Assembly (NCBI GenBank): GCA_963737355.1
Contig: CAVTSC010000002.1
Coordinates: forward strand, 227,907 to 291,906
Reading direction: 5' to 3'
Source: an uncultured Pseudomonadota bacterium
Lineage (GTDB): Bacteria; Pseudomonadota; Alphaproteobacteria; Acetobacterales; Acetobacteraceae
DNA length: 64,000 nt
The position numbers and the translations under genes are program-made. Of this stretch, positions 10,090-20,133 are shown piece after piece; position 1 is the first letter of the stretch; each line of letters opens with the position of its first letter. The notes under the pieces are model-generated. The model was given only the letters and a program-made list of their open reading frames with translations, was not told where the DNA came from and searched no databases.

Positions 10090-10110
10090 AGTTCACCCCG
10101 GCCATTCATT

Positions 10111-10142
10111 AGCGGCGCCCCCGTCAGGGCGCGTCGTTTTTC
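10111..10142 (+). terminator. Possible intrinsic terminator after the SDR gene
   Basis: GCGCCC-ccgtca-GGGCGC stem followed a few bases later by a T run. Confidence 0.45.
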
Positions 10143-10521
10143 CGGCAGCAGGTTAAATACGTAACTCATCAAGAATTATGCCCTGTATCGCCCTGCAGAC
10201 GAGGCGCTATGTCTATCGCCAACAGCTGGCTCGTATGTTGGCTTTTGAAACCCTCTATCGAGGCGCAAGCTCGCCGTAGAAGAAACTAGCAGTTACACGC
10301 AGAATCGCAGAATCTCGCTGAGATGAATGTCGGCTTCGTCATCGCTTACTCCATAGCGGACTGGCATCTCTCGGCCCGGTCCCGCCATATGCCGCCGTTC
10401 TGCTTCGCGCCCATTCTGGCCGTTCCCGGGCCCCGCCTCATAGCCTGAAACCGGTCATTCCCGTCTGATGGGAATTTTCGAAATGAGACTTATGAGAATG
10501 GCATAATCGCAGAGCTCAGCT

Positions 10522-11793
10522 TCATACTTGGAAGAAGTGGCCTATGCGGCCGGTGTCCCGTTCCGTAGTTTCCGGCATCTGCAGGGCAAAGACGACCAAG
10601 GCCACGAATGCGGCGCCGCCGGCGGCGAGAAAGGCGGCGCTGTATCCGAAGTGATCGACGATCACGCCAGCAGCCAGCCCGCTGAGCGAGGCGCCAATCC
10701 CCTGGACCGTGGCGATAGCGCCTTGGGCCAAGTTATAGCGCCCGGTGCCGCGCATGATGTCAGCGATCACCAGGGGCGTGAGGGCGCCGAAGATGCCGGC
10801 GCCGACGCCATCGAGCACCTGGACGCCGATCAGCCAGAAGCTGTCGTTGGAAAAGGTATAAAGCACGGCGCGGATCGGCAGGATGGCGAACCCGGCAAGA
10901 AACAGCGGCTTGCGTCCCCACGTATCAGCAGTGCGCCCAACCAGCAGCGCAATCGGCAGCATCACCAACTGCGCCGCGATGATGCATGCCGACATCATGG
11001 CTGTAGCTTCCTTGGGATGGGCGGCGGCCAGCTTCTGTCCCACCAATGGCAGCAGCGCGGCGTTGGCGAGATGGAACAGCATGACGCACAAACCGAAGAC
11101 CACCAGCGGGCGGGACTTGAATAGGATGCTGTAGCCGGCCGCGCTGGCGGCGGTCTCGGCCGTGTCTTGGTCCTCGCGTAGGTCCCGCGCCCTGTCGTAG
11201 TTGATGGCGGCGGCGGGGATTGAGAGCACCGCCAGACCCGCGAGGACGGTGAAGACAGGAACGAGAAGGAACACGGCACGCTGCGAAAAGGCATAGCCGA
11301 CTGCGCCGGCGGCCACCGCGATGGCGACATTGCCCGCATGGTCGAAGGCCGAGTTCCGCCCCATGCGCCGGGCCAGCTGGTTTCGTGCGTAGAGGCCCAG
11401 GGTCAACGCCGCGACCGCTGGGCCAAACACGTCGCCGACAACGGCCATCAGGCTGTTTGCGATCGCTACCGGCCAGAACGTCGGCACGGCGAAGATGACG
11501 ATGGCCCCGAGTGCCAGCACTGCAAGCGCCAGGATAATCGCGCCCCGCTTGGCGTGGGTCTCGTCGATCGCCGCACCGATGGGCGTCTGGACCGAAAGGC
11601 CGAGCAGGCCGGCGATGGTGGTCACCAAGCCGACCTCGGACTGGCTCCAATGCTGCTGCGTGACCAGAAAGACGTTCAGATAGGGGCCAAGCGCGCCCCG
11701 GACATCGGCGATCAGGAAATTGACGGCGTCGAGCGAGCGTGGCCGAAAGCCTGCTGTCTTGGGCGGCGTTGCGTCAACATCCAGTGGCGTCAC
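10522..11793 (-). CDS. MFS transporter
   Basis: About 12 hydrophobic segments, GRTADTWGRK motif; likely GTG start at 11793 overlapping the upstream TGA. Confidence 0.88.
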   Translation of the reverse strand: MTPLDVDATPPKTAGFRPRSLDAVNFLIADVRGALGPYLNVFLVTQQHWSQSEVGLVTTIAGLLGLSVQTPIGAAIDETHAKRGAIILALAVLALGAIVIFAVPTFWPVAIANSLMAVVGDVFGPAVAALTLGLYARNQLARRMGRNSAFDHAGNVAIAVAAGAVGYAFSQRAVFLLVPVFTVLAGLAVLSIPAAAINYDRARDLREDQDTAETAASAAGYSILFKSRPLVVFGLCVMLFHLANAALLPLVGQKLAAAHPKEATAMMSACIIAAQLVMLPIALLVGRTADTWGRKPLFLAGFAILPIRAVLYTFSNDSFWLIGVQVLDGVGAGIFGALTPLVIADIMRGTGRYNLAQGAIATVQGIGASLSGLAAGVIVDHFGYSAAFLAAGGAAFVALVVFALQMPETTERDTGRIGHFFQV

Positions 11794-13211
11794 ATCAACA
11801 TCCAAAGGGTTCCAATCACCAGCGTTATCACTGTCAGCGGCGCGCCGACGCGGAAATAATCCCAGAAGCTGATCACGACCCCGCGTGTCGCAGCCTTCTG
11901 CACCACGATCAGATTGGCTATCGACCCAAGAATGGTGAAATTGCCGGCGAGCGTGGAGGCCATGGCGATCGTCAGCCAGGCGGTCGCGTGATCGTGCAAG
12001 GATTGCACGAACGGCTTCATCATCAGTACCGCCGGCACGTTGCTGACCAGATTCGAGAGCACCGCCGTCACCCCGCTGAGGATCGGGACCTGATCCAGGT
12101 GCCAGCGGCCGGCCTGTGCAATCAGGTCGGGGGTCAACAGCGCGTGCTGGGCGCCGGCCACGATGATGAACAAGCCCGCGAACATCAGCAGCAGCGACCA
12201 ATCGATTTCAGCATAGACCCGTTGGCTCTTGACGCGCCGGGTCAGCAACAGCAGGCCGCCGATGATGATCGCGACCTTGGCCGGCGGCTGCCCCAGGAAG
12301 AACAGCGCGACCAATAAGGCCGTCGCCACCAGAGCGCGCGCGACCAGTACGCGGTTGACCCGGATGTTCACGCCCGCCGCCGTCATCTGGCCGCCTTTCG
12401 CGAATTCGCCGCGAAAAAAAAAGGCCACCAGACCGACCGTGATGACCAGCCCAACCAGCGCCACGGGCCCGAGCGCGAAGGCGAACGTCGCATATGGAAT
12501 ATGGGAGAAGCTGCCGATCATGATGTTCTGCGGGTTGCCGGTGATCGTGGCGGTCGAACCGACATTGGACGCCATGGCGACTGCCAGTAGGTAGGGGGCC
12601 GGCTTGCGGCCCATGCGCAGGGTCAGTTCGAGCACCAGCGGCGCCAGCACCAGGCAGATTGCGTCGTTGACCAGGAACGCGGAAAAAATGCCGGAGGTGG
12701 CGGTGACTGCGCACAGCAAAATCATCGGGGTTTTCGCGTGCTCGACGACCCAGGTCGTCGCGACCGCGAAAAAGCCTGATAAGCGTAGGCTGGCCACGAC
12801 GATCATCATGCCGAGCAACAAGGTGATCGTGTCGAGGTCGATCGCCTCGTAAGCGTCTTCGAGCGACAGCACGCCGGAGGCGACCATCAGCCCGGCGCCT
12901 ACCAGCGCCACGCCGGCACGATCGATATTGAGGCCCGGTATCTTGCCGATCGCCAGCGCCAGATAGCTGGCGACGAAGATGACGAGGGCTGCGACCTTCC
13001 TTGTGTCCGCATCGAGTTTGGGACTGGCGGGTAACAGGCCGGGCACGATTGCGGCGATCAAACTGACGATGATAACCAGGACGACCAACGCAATACCCAC
13101 AAAACGGGGCCAACGTGGCCGTTGGGCGGGCGCGTCTGTCTTGACCTGTCTCGTGCCGCGGCCGGCCGCCGCCGACGTCGTCTGACTATCTCGCATAGAC
13201 CTTCTTACCAC
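11790..13211 (-). CDS. ArsB/NhaD/SLC13-type anion permease
   Basis: ASNVGSTATITGNPQN, LSNLVSNVPA and STLAGNFTILGSIANLIV motifs. Confidence 0.9.
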   Translation of the reverse strand: MVRRSMRDSQTTSAAAGRGTRQVKTDAPAQRPRWPRFVGIALVVLVIIVSLIAAIVPGLLPASPKLDADTRKVAALVIFVASYLALAIGKIPGLNIDRAGVALVGAGLMVASGVLSLEDAYEAIDLDTITLLLGMMIVVASLRLSGFFAVATTWVVEHAKTPMILLCAVTATSGIFSAFLVNDAICLVLAPLVLELTLRMGRKPAPYLLAVAMASNVGSTATITGNPQNIMIGSFSHIPYATFAFALGPVALVGLVITVGLVAFFFRGEFAKGGQMTAAGVNIRVNRVLVARALVATALLVALFFLGQPPAKVAIIIGGLLLLTRRVKSQRVYAEIDWSLLLMFAGLFIIVAGAQHALLTPDLIAQAGRWHLDQVPILSGVTAVLSNLVSNVPAVLMMKPFVQSLHDHATAWLTIAMASTLAGNFTILGSIANLIVVQKAATRGVVISFWDYFRVGAPLTVITLVIGTLWMLM

Positions 13212-13451
13212 GCTCGCCCGAGCCGCAAGCTAAGTTCGATTCAGGGCGGCAATTCATGCTGTTCCTGGCAGCCCTTCCGCTCCCGGTCCGGTCCGGTTCG
13301 GCTGTAAACCGCCCTTCCGGTTCTTTGGCCATTTAGGCGCCCGGCCCTCCTTCCCGGAGACCGACACCCCTCTATTGTTCATATAAAATAGATCGGCAAT
13401 GATACAGCCACATTGACCAATGTTGATATTAATCGGGGGCGTCTGGACGCA

Positions 13452-15970
13452 ATGAATGACGGCACGAAGCGAACCGCCGGCCAACTTTTGGGAATGCCCA
13501 GCATACTGGACAAGGAGCTTGAGGATCGGAGCGGGGACGCATTTGGGCATCAGGATTTCGCGATTGCGCTGAGAGACCTGATCGAGGCGCCTACGAATAA
13601 GCCGCCCTTCAGCATCGGGTTGCTTGGACCATGGGGGACCGGCAAGAGTTCGATCAAGGCGCTTTACAGGCGAGATCTGGAGTCTGACAAGGCGGGGGCC
13701 GTCGGAAACCGACGAGCTGACCGTACCCATGTCATCACCTTCAATGCATGGCGCTTCGGCGGCGAGCAGGATTTGAAGCGTTCGCTTCTGAGGGAGGCAT
13801 TCAAGCAGCTTGGTGGAGATGAGGCCACCCTGCGGCGCGCGCTATCTGAGCAGGTCAGTAAGGTTACGCAGGAGCGGCGCAGCTTTAAAGACTGGTTCGG
13901 AGAGACGTTTGGCCAACTAATAGGTTCAACAGTCATACTTTTATTGCTCTTTGTCGTAGCCATAGCAGCTACATGGATCTTCGTTTGGGCGACGGGCCTG
14001 AAGGACCAGTACTCCATAGGCGCGGTCTTCGTGGCGGCAACAGCATTGACCGGCTGGCTAGGAAAAACCATCGTCGATTTGCGTTTGCGCTCGCCGGCCT
14101 TGTTCTTGCCACAGACATCTGTTTCATTCCCGGCGACATCGGCGGAAGAATATGAGCGCCTGCTTACTGATCAAATTGCCGAATTCAGGCGCGGTGTTGG
14201 GAAAAAGTGCGAGCGCCTGGTTGTATTTGTCGATGATCTCGATCGACTGTCGGCGCCGGAAATGGTGATGGGTCTCGACGCCATCCGCACATTTCTCGAA
14301 TTGCCGTTTAACACGTCCAAAAATGGCTTCGGTGTCGTTTTTGTCATTTCGTGCGATGAGGATAAGATCGCGGAAGCGATTAAACGGCGCAGCGGCCTTG
14401 GCAGTCCCGACTTGCCCGGCGCGGTATTCTCGCGTGGAGACGCCCGCCGGTATCTCGACCGCCTGTTTCAGTATCGGCTGGAAATTCCCCAGTTTCCAAA
14501 GCTGGACATGCGCGATTTTGCGCGGAAGAAGCTCGAAGGCATAGAGAGCGTAGCCGGCGATCTGAAAAAGCTGAAAGTCTCTTTGGAAGACGTCATAGAT
14601 CGACTAATTCATGTCGACGTGCAAAGTCCACGGAACGCTATTCAGCTTTTAAACGCTTTTATACAGTCCTGGTGGATCGGCAGCGTTCGCGAACGCAACG
14701 GTGTCGGCTCCAGTGCGCCCGGTGCGCTGCACAAGGGCGCCGTGACGAACCACCCGCTGTCATTGGCGGCATTGTGCGTTCTTCGCGTCGATTTCCCCGA
14801 TTTCTATGATGCAGTGCAGAGTCGCCCGGAGATTATCCAGGAATTTCGCAAAGTGATTTTTGGTGGGAAGTCCCCATCGGAATTGGCGCCGCAGGCGCGC
14901 GAATTGCTTCGAGATTTTCTCCTGGCGGATAAGGACGGCGCTCTGACGGGCGAGGTGCGGGCTGATCACCGAAAGCTTAGACGCTATCTTTCCAGTTTGG
15001 CTGATCTGCGCTGGCCGGTGGTATTGCAGCCGCTGTTGCGACTTTCCGAAGACCCGATCACGCGGAAGTTTGGTGATAGAGCCGCAACCGTTTTCGATAG
15101 CCTCGTTTCAGGTGACGTTGTGGGCGTATTGGAAGCGTTCGGGCGGAGCCTGGACGGCAAGCCTCTTGCGGACGAAGATGTAGTGCTGTTGGAGGATTTT
15201 GGTGAAGCTCTACCGCAAGAAACCGAGACGAGGCGCACCAATGCGGCGCGCGTCCTCGCTGCGCTGGTAGATCGCATACCTCTGGAGCGGAGGCGCAGAA
15301 TACTGTCTCCGCTCATAAGACAGATGGCTGCGCTCAAGACGGTGCGTATGAACATCCAGCCCGAGCGCGCCCGGCAGATTGTCGAGGGCGCATCGCCCGA
15401 AGACCGACGAGATGTTGCTGAAAAATTCGTCGACGATCTTCTGAATTTAGAGCCGCTGGATTGGCGTTTGGCTACGGGAGGCGAGCCCAACCTCGACGAG
15501 GTGGTGGGTGCCGTGAGGGATTCAGTGGAACTCGCCTTGGAAGTGAAAGAATCTAACGGGCTACCTAGCGGCGCGGACGACATGCTCAGGCGTTGGCTGT
15601 TGAAACGGGAAATCCGCCTCGGGAATGAATCTCGGACGTTGCCGTTCTCTGATCTTGAGGGGTGGGCGGAAAGGCACAGCCGTATTCTTCCAGGATATCT
15701 AGCGAGCGACTATTCGGATCAGGCTATTGGTGAGTTTGAAGGTGCAAAGACGGCTCCAACATTTACTGCTACCGTCCTCCCGAAAATTTCTTCGATATTC
15801 GCAGACACCGCAGCGCTCGGCCAGGACGAGCGCGAGGCGCTGTGGAACCAGCTTACCCGCCTGGTAGGCGTCCAGCCGCAAGCGGCAGCTGAGGCTGCTT
15901 GGGGCGATGCTGCAAGCTATAGCAGTCTTGCTGCCCCTGACAAACGGCGGGCGTTTTTGACCGCGTTAGC
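13452..15970 (+). pseudogene. KAP family P-loop NTPase, 3'-truncated
   Basis: GPWGTGKS, FNAW, two TM helices, VFVDDLDR. After about 15970 the frame has no stop and reads antisense through the SRAP gene. Confidence 0.8.
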
Positions 15971-16186
15971 GCCCGTTCCGGCCATCGGTTTTATATGGCG
16001 CAAACGGCCGCGTACCGGCTGGGGTGGACTTTTTGGGTCTCATTCTGCCGCTGTTCGCCTTCGTGTCGACCGGCTTCATCATTGCCAACTCGATCGCCAG
16101 CGCGATGGGCGTCTCTTTCCCAGACAGGTAGGCACCGCCGTATTTGCCTCCCCTTTCGCGATCTGGCTCGCCGGCCGGCATCATGC

Positions 16187-16852
16187 CTATACCGTTATCC
16201 CGGCCATATCCTGTTTCTCACCCCGAGCGGCGATGACAAGAGCGCCATCTGCAAGCGGCCGCTGCAGCGCCAGAGCTTCCGTAGCTGGTCCCGCCATCCA
16301 GAGATCGATTTCCTCCTGTGACCTCAGGATCACGGGCATCGCTTGCGGATGGATGGCGCCAACCTCGCGATTGGGCTCTGCGGTCAGGAACCCGAAAAGA
16401 TCATTGGTCGTCTCGCCTTCCTTCACCTTGCGCACCGAGGTCCACCGGGTCCAGATTCCGGCGAAACACGCCAGCGGCCGCGTCTCATCGAGGGCGAACC
16501 AGACTGGGCGTTTGGTGCCATCCGGAAGATGCTCGCTTTCGGAGAAACTTGTGAAGGGCACGAGGCAGCGATGTTCTGGTCCGAGCCAGCGGCGCCAATG
16601 CGGAGAAGCGGCATTGCGGATATTTGTTACACCAGGATCGCAATTGCGGCCTTTCAGCACGAATTGTGGTGATGGCATGCCCCATCGCGCCATCGTCAGC
16701 TCGCGGCCGACCGGCTGGTTTCGAACAATCGGTGCGGCGTAGTCCGGAAAGATCCCTGGGAGGGGAGGAAGGTTACCCGTTCGATCCAGCATCGCATTGG
16801 TTAGTTCCCGGATCGCTTGCTGGCCTTTGGTCACGGAATAGAGATTACACAT
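16187..16852 (-). CDS. SOS response-associated peptidase (SRAP/YedK/HMCES family)
   Basis: Starts MCNLY (catalytic Cys2); RCLVPFTSFSE; IHPQAMPVIL. Confidence 0.92.
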   Translation of the reverse strand: MCNLYSVTKGQQAIRELTNAMLDRTGNLPPLPGIFPDYAAPIVRNQPVGRELTMARWGMPSPQFVLKGRNCDPGVTNIRNAASPHWRRWLGPEHRCLVPFTSFSESEHLPDGTKRPVWFALDETRPLACFAGIWTRWTSVRKVKEGETTNDLFGFLTAEPNREVGAIHPQAMPVILRSQEEIDLWMAGPATEALALQRPLADGALVIAARGEKQDMAGITV

Positions 16853-18942
16853 TTGTGGGATCTTTCTGCCGCCACATGCCACGCATCTTTGCCGCGACAT
16901 CGATCCGCGGTGTCTGGCTAGCGCTGACCTGGGCGGCTGGCGCCGTGCCGGCCATTGGCCAGGCCGTGCTTTGGAACAATGTGAGCAGGGCGTCCGGGAT
17001 GAAGCGGGAGCGGGCTGCATAGACATGCCGGTCGCCCAGCCGGTTCTGCCCATGCGTGAAGAACCGCTGCGGCAGCATCAGATGCAGATCATCCTTGGCC
17101 CGCGTCATCGCGACATAGAGCAGCCGTCGCTCTTCCTCGATCTCATGCGATTGGCCGGTGCCGAGATCCGACGGCATGCAGCCATCGACCACATTGAGCA
17201 CGAAGACGGATTTCCATTCCTGGCCCTTGGCGGAATGGATGGTCGAGAGGTTGAGATAATCCTCATCGAGCAGCGGCACGCCGGCCTGATCGCTGGTCGC
17301 CTCCGGCGGGTCGAGCGTCAGTTCGGTCAGGAACCGCTCGCGTGAGGGATAGCCGGTGGCGATCTGCTCAAGCTGCAGCGAGGTCGGCCCGGCGCAGCAC
17401 GGCATCTTCATGCATGCGCTCCAGATGCGGCTCGTACCAAAGCCGCGCCTGGCCCATTTCCGCCGGCCAGCCGGAGCGCCCGGCGCGCAGCGATTGCACC
17501 ATCTCCACGAACCCGTTCCACGCGTCGCCGGCGCGGGGCGGGGCAGGGGCGTCAGCGAGCGCTGCGATCGGATCGCCGGCCAGTGCGATGTGGTCCAGCA
17601 CGCGCGCGGCTGAGCCAGGTCCCACACCTTCCATCAGCTGCATCACCCGAAAGCCCGCGGCACGGTCGCGCGGGTTTTCCGCCCAGCGCAGAGACGGCGA
17701 GCAGGTCCTTGATATGCGCGGCTTCGAGGAATTTGAGGCCGCCGAATTTCACGAAGGGGATGTTGCGGCGGGTCAGTTCGACCTCCAGCGCGCCGCTATG
17801 GTGCGAGGTCCGGAACAGCACTGCCTGGTGCTTCAGTAGTGTCCCGCCTTCGCGGTTCTCCAGGATGCGCTCGACGATGTAGTTCGCCTGTCCTGCCTCG
17901 TCGCGGACATTGACCAGCAGCGGCCGCGTGCCGGCGTCGCGATCGCTCCAGAGGTTCTTGGTGAACCGCTCCTTGGCGAGGCCGATGACGCCATTGGCGG
18001 CGGCGAGGATGGCCTGGGTCGAGCGGTAATTGCGCTCCAGCGTGATGATCTGCGGCGGCCGGCGCGAACTGGGCGGGGTAGTCGAGAATGTTGCGGACGG
18101 TGGCGCCGCGGAACGCGTAGATCGATTGCGCGTCGTCGCCGACCACGGTCAGGCCCATGCCATCGGGTTTCAGGCCGAGCAGGATGGTCGATTGCAGGCG
18201 GTTGGTGTCCTGGTACTCGTCGACCAGGACATGATCGAAATTGCCGCCGATCTCCGCCGCCAGCTCCGGGTCGGAGACCATCTGCGCCCAGTAGAGCAGC
18301 AGGTCGTCGTAATCGAGCACATTCTGCCGCTGCTTGGCCTCGACATAGGCGCCAAAGAGCTGCTGCAGTTCCGCTTCCCAAGCGGTGCACCAGGGAAAGC
18401 TCTCGGGCAGGATTTCACCGAGCGGCAGCTCGGTGTTCACGCAGCGCGAATAGATCTGCAGACAGGTCCCCTTCGTCGGAAATCGCGCCGCCGTTTTTGA
18501 AAAGCCGAGCTCGTGCCGCACCAGGTTCATCAGATCGGCGGAATCCTCCCGGTCATGGATGGTGAAGGCGGGATCGAGCCCGATCTGCGGGCGCATAGTC
18601 ACGCAGCAGTTTGGCGCCGATGGCGTGGAAGGTGCCGGCCCAGGTCATGCCCTCAGCCAAGATACCGGCTTTATCGCCGAGCGCCTGAGCGCAGATGCGC
18701 TCCACGCGCCGCGTCATCTCGGAAGCCGCGCGCCGGGAGAAGGTCATCAGCAGGATGCGGCGCGGATCGGCGCCGCTGACGATGAGATGGGCGACGCGAT
18801 GCGCCAGCGTGTTGGTCTTGCCCGATCCGGCACCGGCAATGACCAGCAGCGGTCCTGATCTGGCATCAGTGCCGACGCCATATTCGACCGCCTGCCGTTG
18901 CTCGGGATTGAGTTTGGAGAGGTAGGCCAAACTTGCCGTCAC
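16845..18942 (-). pseudogene. UvrD/REP-family helicase split by several frameshifts
   Basis: AGAGSGKT, VDEYQDTN, VGDDAQSIY, TIHSAKGQEW and EERRLLYVAMTRA lie in order in different frames; decay or sequencing error. Confidence 0.88.
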
Positions 18943-19086
18943 GTGAAAACTTTCAAAAACTGCGGATGCCCAGCATCCAGGTTTCTCGTTTTGTTCGCAA
19001 GGGTTTTGCGGTTGATCTTCATCTTTCGTGACAGTGATCCGCCCTGTCCAGCCCGATTCGCGGCTTGACTCTTTTTTGAGCACATA

Positions 19087-19101
19087 GAACAAAGTGCGAA
19101 T
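19087..19101. promoter_or_regulatory. Alphaproteobacterial LexA box between uvrD-like and imuA
   Basis: GAAC-aaagtgc-GAAT. Confidence 0.65.
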
Positions 19102-19134
19102 ATCAAACCGATATTTTTGAGGATACCACGCAAA

Positions 19135-19660
19135 GTGGGATCATCGCCCACCATCGATCATTTGCGCGAAAAAATCTGCCGTCTTGAGGCGGCGGACCGC
19201 CGCGTGGCCGGGGTTCTGCCGTTCGGGCTGGTTGCGATGGACGCGTCTGCCTGGCGGCGGGCTTGCGCTGGGAGCCCTGCATGAGGTCGCCGACGCCGGT
19301 AACGGTGCCCTGGACGGTGCGGCCGCGGCCTTGTTCGCGGCGGGTATCATGGCGCGGATGACGGGGCAGATCCTATGGTGCGTGCGCGATCAGGATCTGT
19401 TCGGCCCGGGTCTGGCGGCGGCGGGGTTGGCGGCGGACCGGGTGATCTATGTCGAAGCTGGGGATGAGCAAACAGCACTCGCCTGTTTCGAAGAAGGGCT
19501 GCGCCATGGCGGCCTGGGTGGCGTGGTGGCGGAGATCGGCCGGCTGTCGATGACCAATTCGCGACGGTTGCAACTGGCCGCCGAAGGTTCCGGCACGCTT
19601 GGCATCGCGATCCGGCGCTGGCGGCGGCAGAGCGATGCTGCCGATTTTGGCCATCCAACG
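19135..19660 (+). pseudogene. imuA: imuA 5' fragment (frameshifted, truncated)
   Basis: LPGGGLALGALHEV, DLFGPGLAAAGL, SRRLQLAAE; ends at ADFGHPT. Confidence 0.85.
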
Positions 19661-19892
19661 GGAAGGGGAGGTGGTGCATCTTATCGCGCATCGACTCACG
19701 GATCTATCGGTGGAACTCGCCAGCGTCGGCGAACGCGACGTCACGTTCTCCGCGCCACACGGGCGGGGTGACCAGGCAAAAACTATCGGGGGACCGGACC
19801 CACGCGAGACACTCGGCCGCAAGGTACGAGGAATTTATATTCCGGATCTCCATATTGACCGGATCACGGTAAAAACAAGGGATTTTCGGTAG
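19653..19892 (+). pseudogene. dnaE2: dnaE2 3' fragment fused to imuA
   Basis: IQREGEVVHLIAHRLTDLS...VKTRDFR* is a typical DnaE2 C-terminus. Confidence 0.8.
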
Positions 19893-20133
19893 GGTGTGCC
19901 GGGCTGCGTGCTTGCCAATGCAGGATACGGATCAAGCGGGTCCTTCCGCCAGGCTTTAACCTCCAATAATAGGAGCTACAAATGTCTGAAACCGCAAGCC
20001 GGACCTAGACTGGCGCCTTGCTGCCCCCGCAATCGCGGCGCTTGATATTGCTCTTACGGTGCTTCCGAACGAGACTTTCGAATGAGCCACCGCGTCATGC
20101 AATCAAGAGCTCACCAACGACAGCATCTGGCCG

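Noticed and set aside
11794-12201. N-terminal extension of the MFS ORF
   Set aside because: It overlaps the permease gene in another frame; the start is probably the GTG at 11793.
13413-16742. Genuine 1109-aa KAP protein
   Set aside because: The last about 255 aa lie past the junction and are largely the antisense of SRAP.
16845-18942. Programmed frameshifting in the uvrD-like gene (and in the STAND gene at 38349-41501)
   Set aside because: Multiple scattered indels with no slippery motifs; decay or sequencing error is more likely, and reads are needed to decide.
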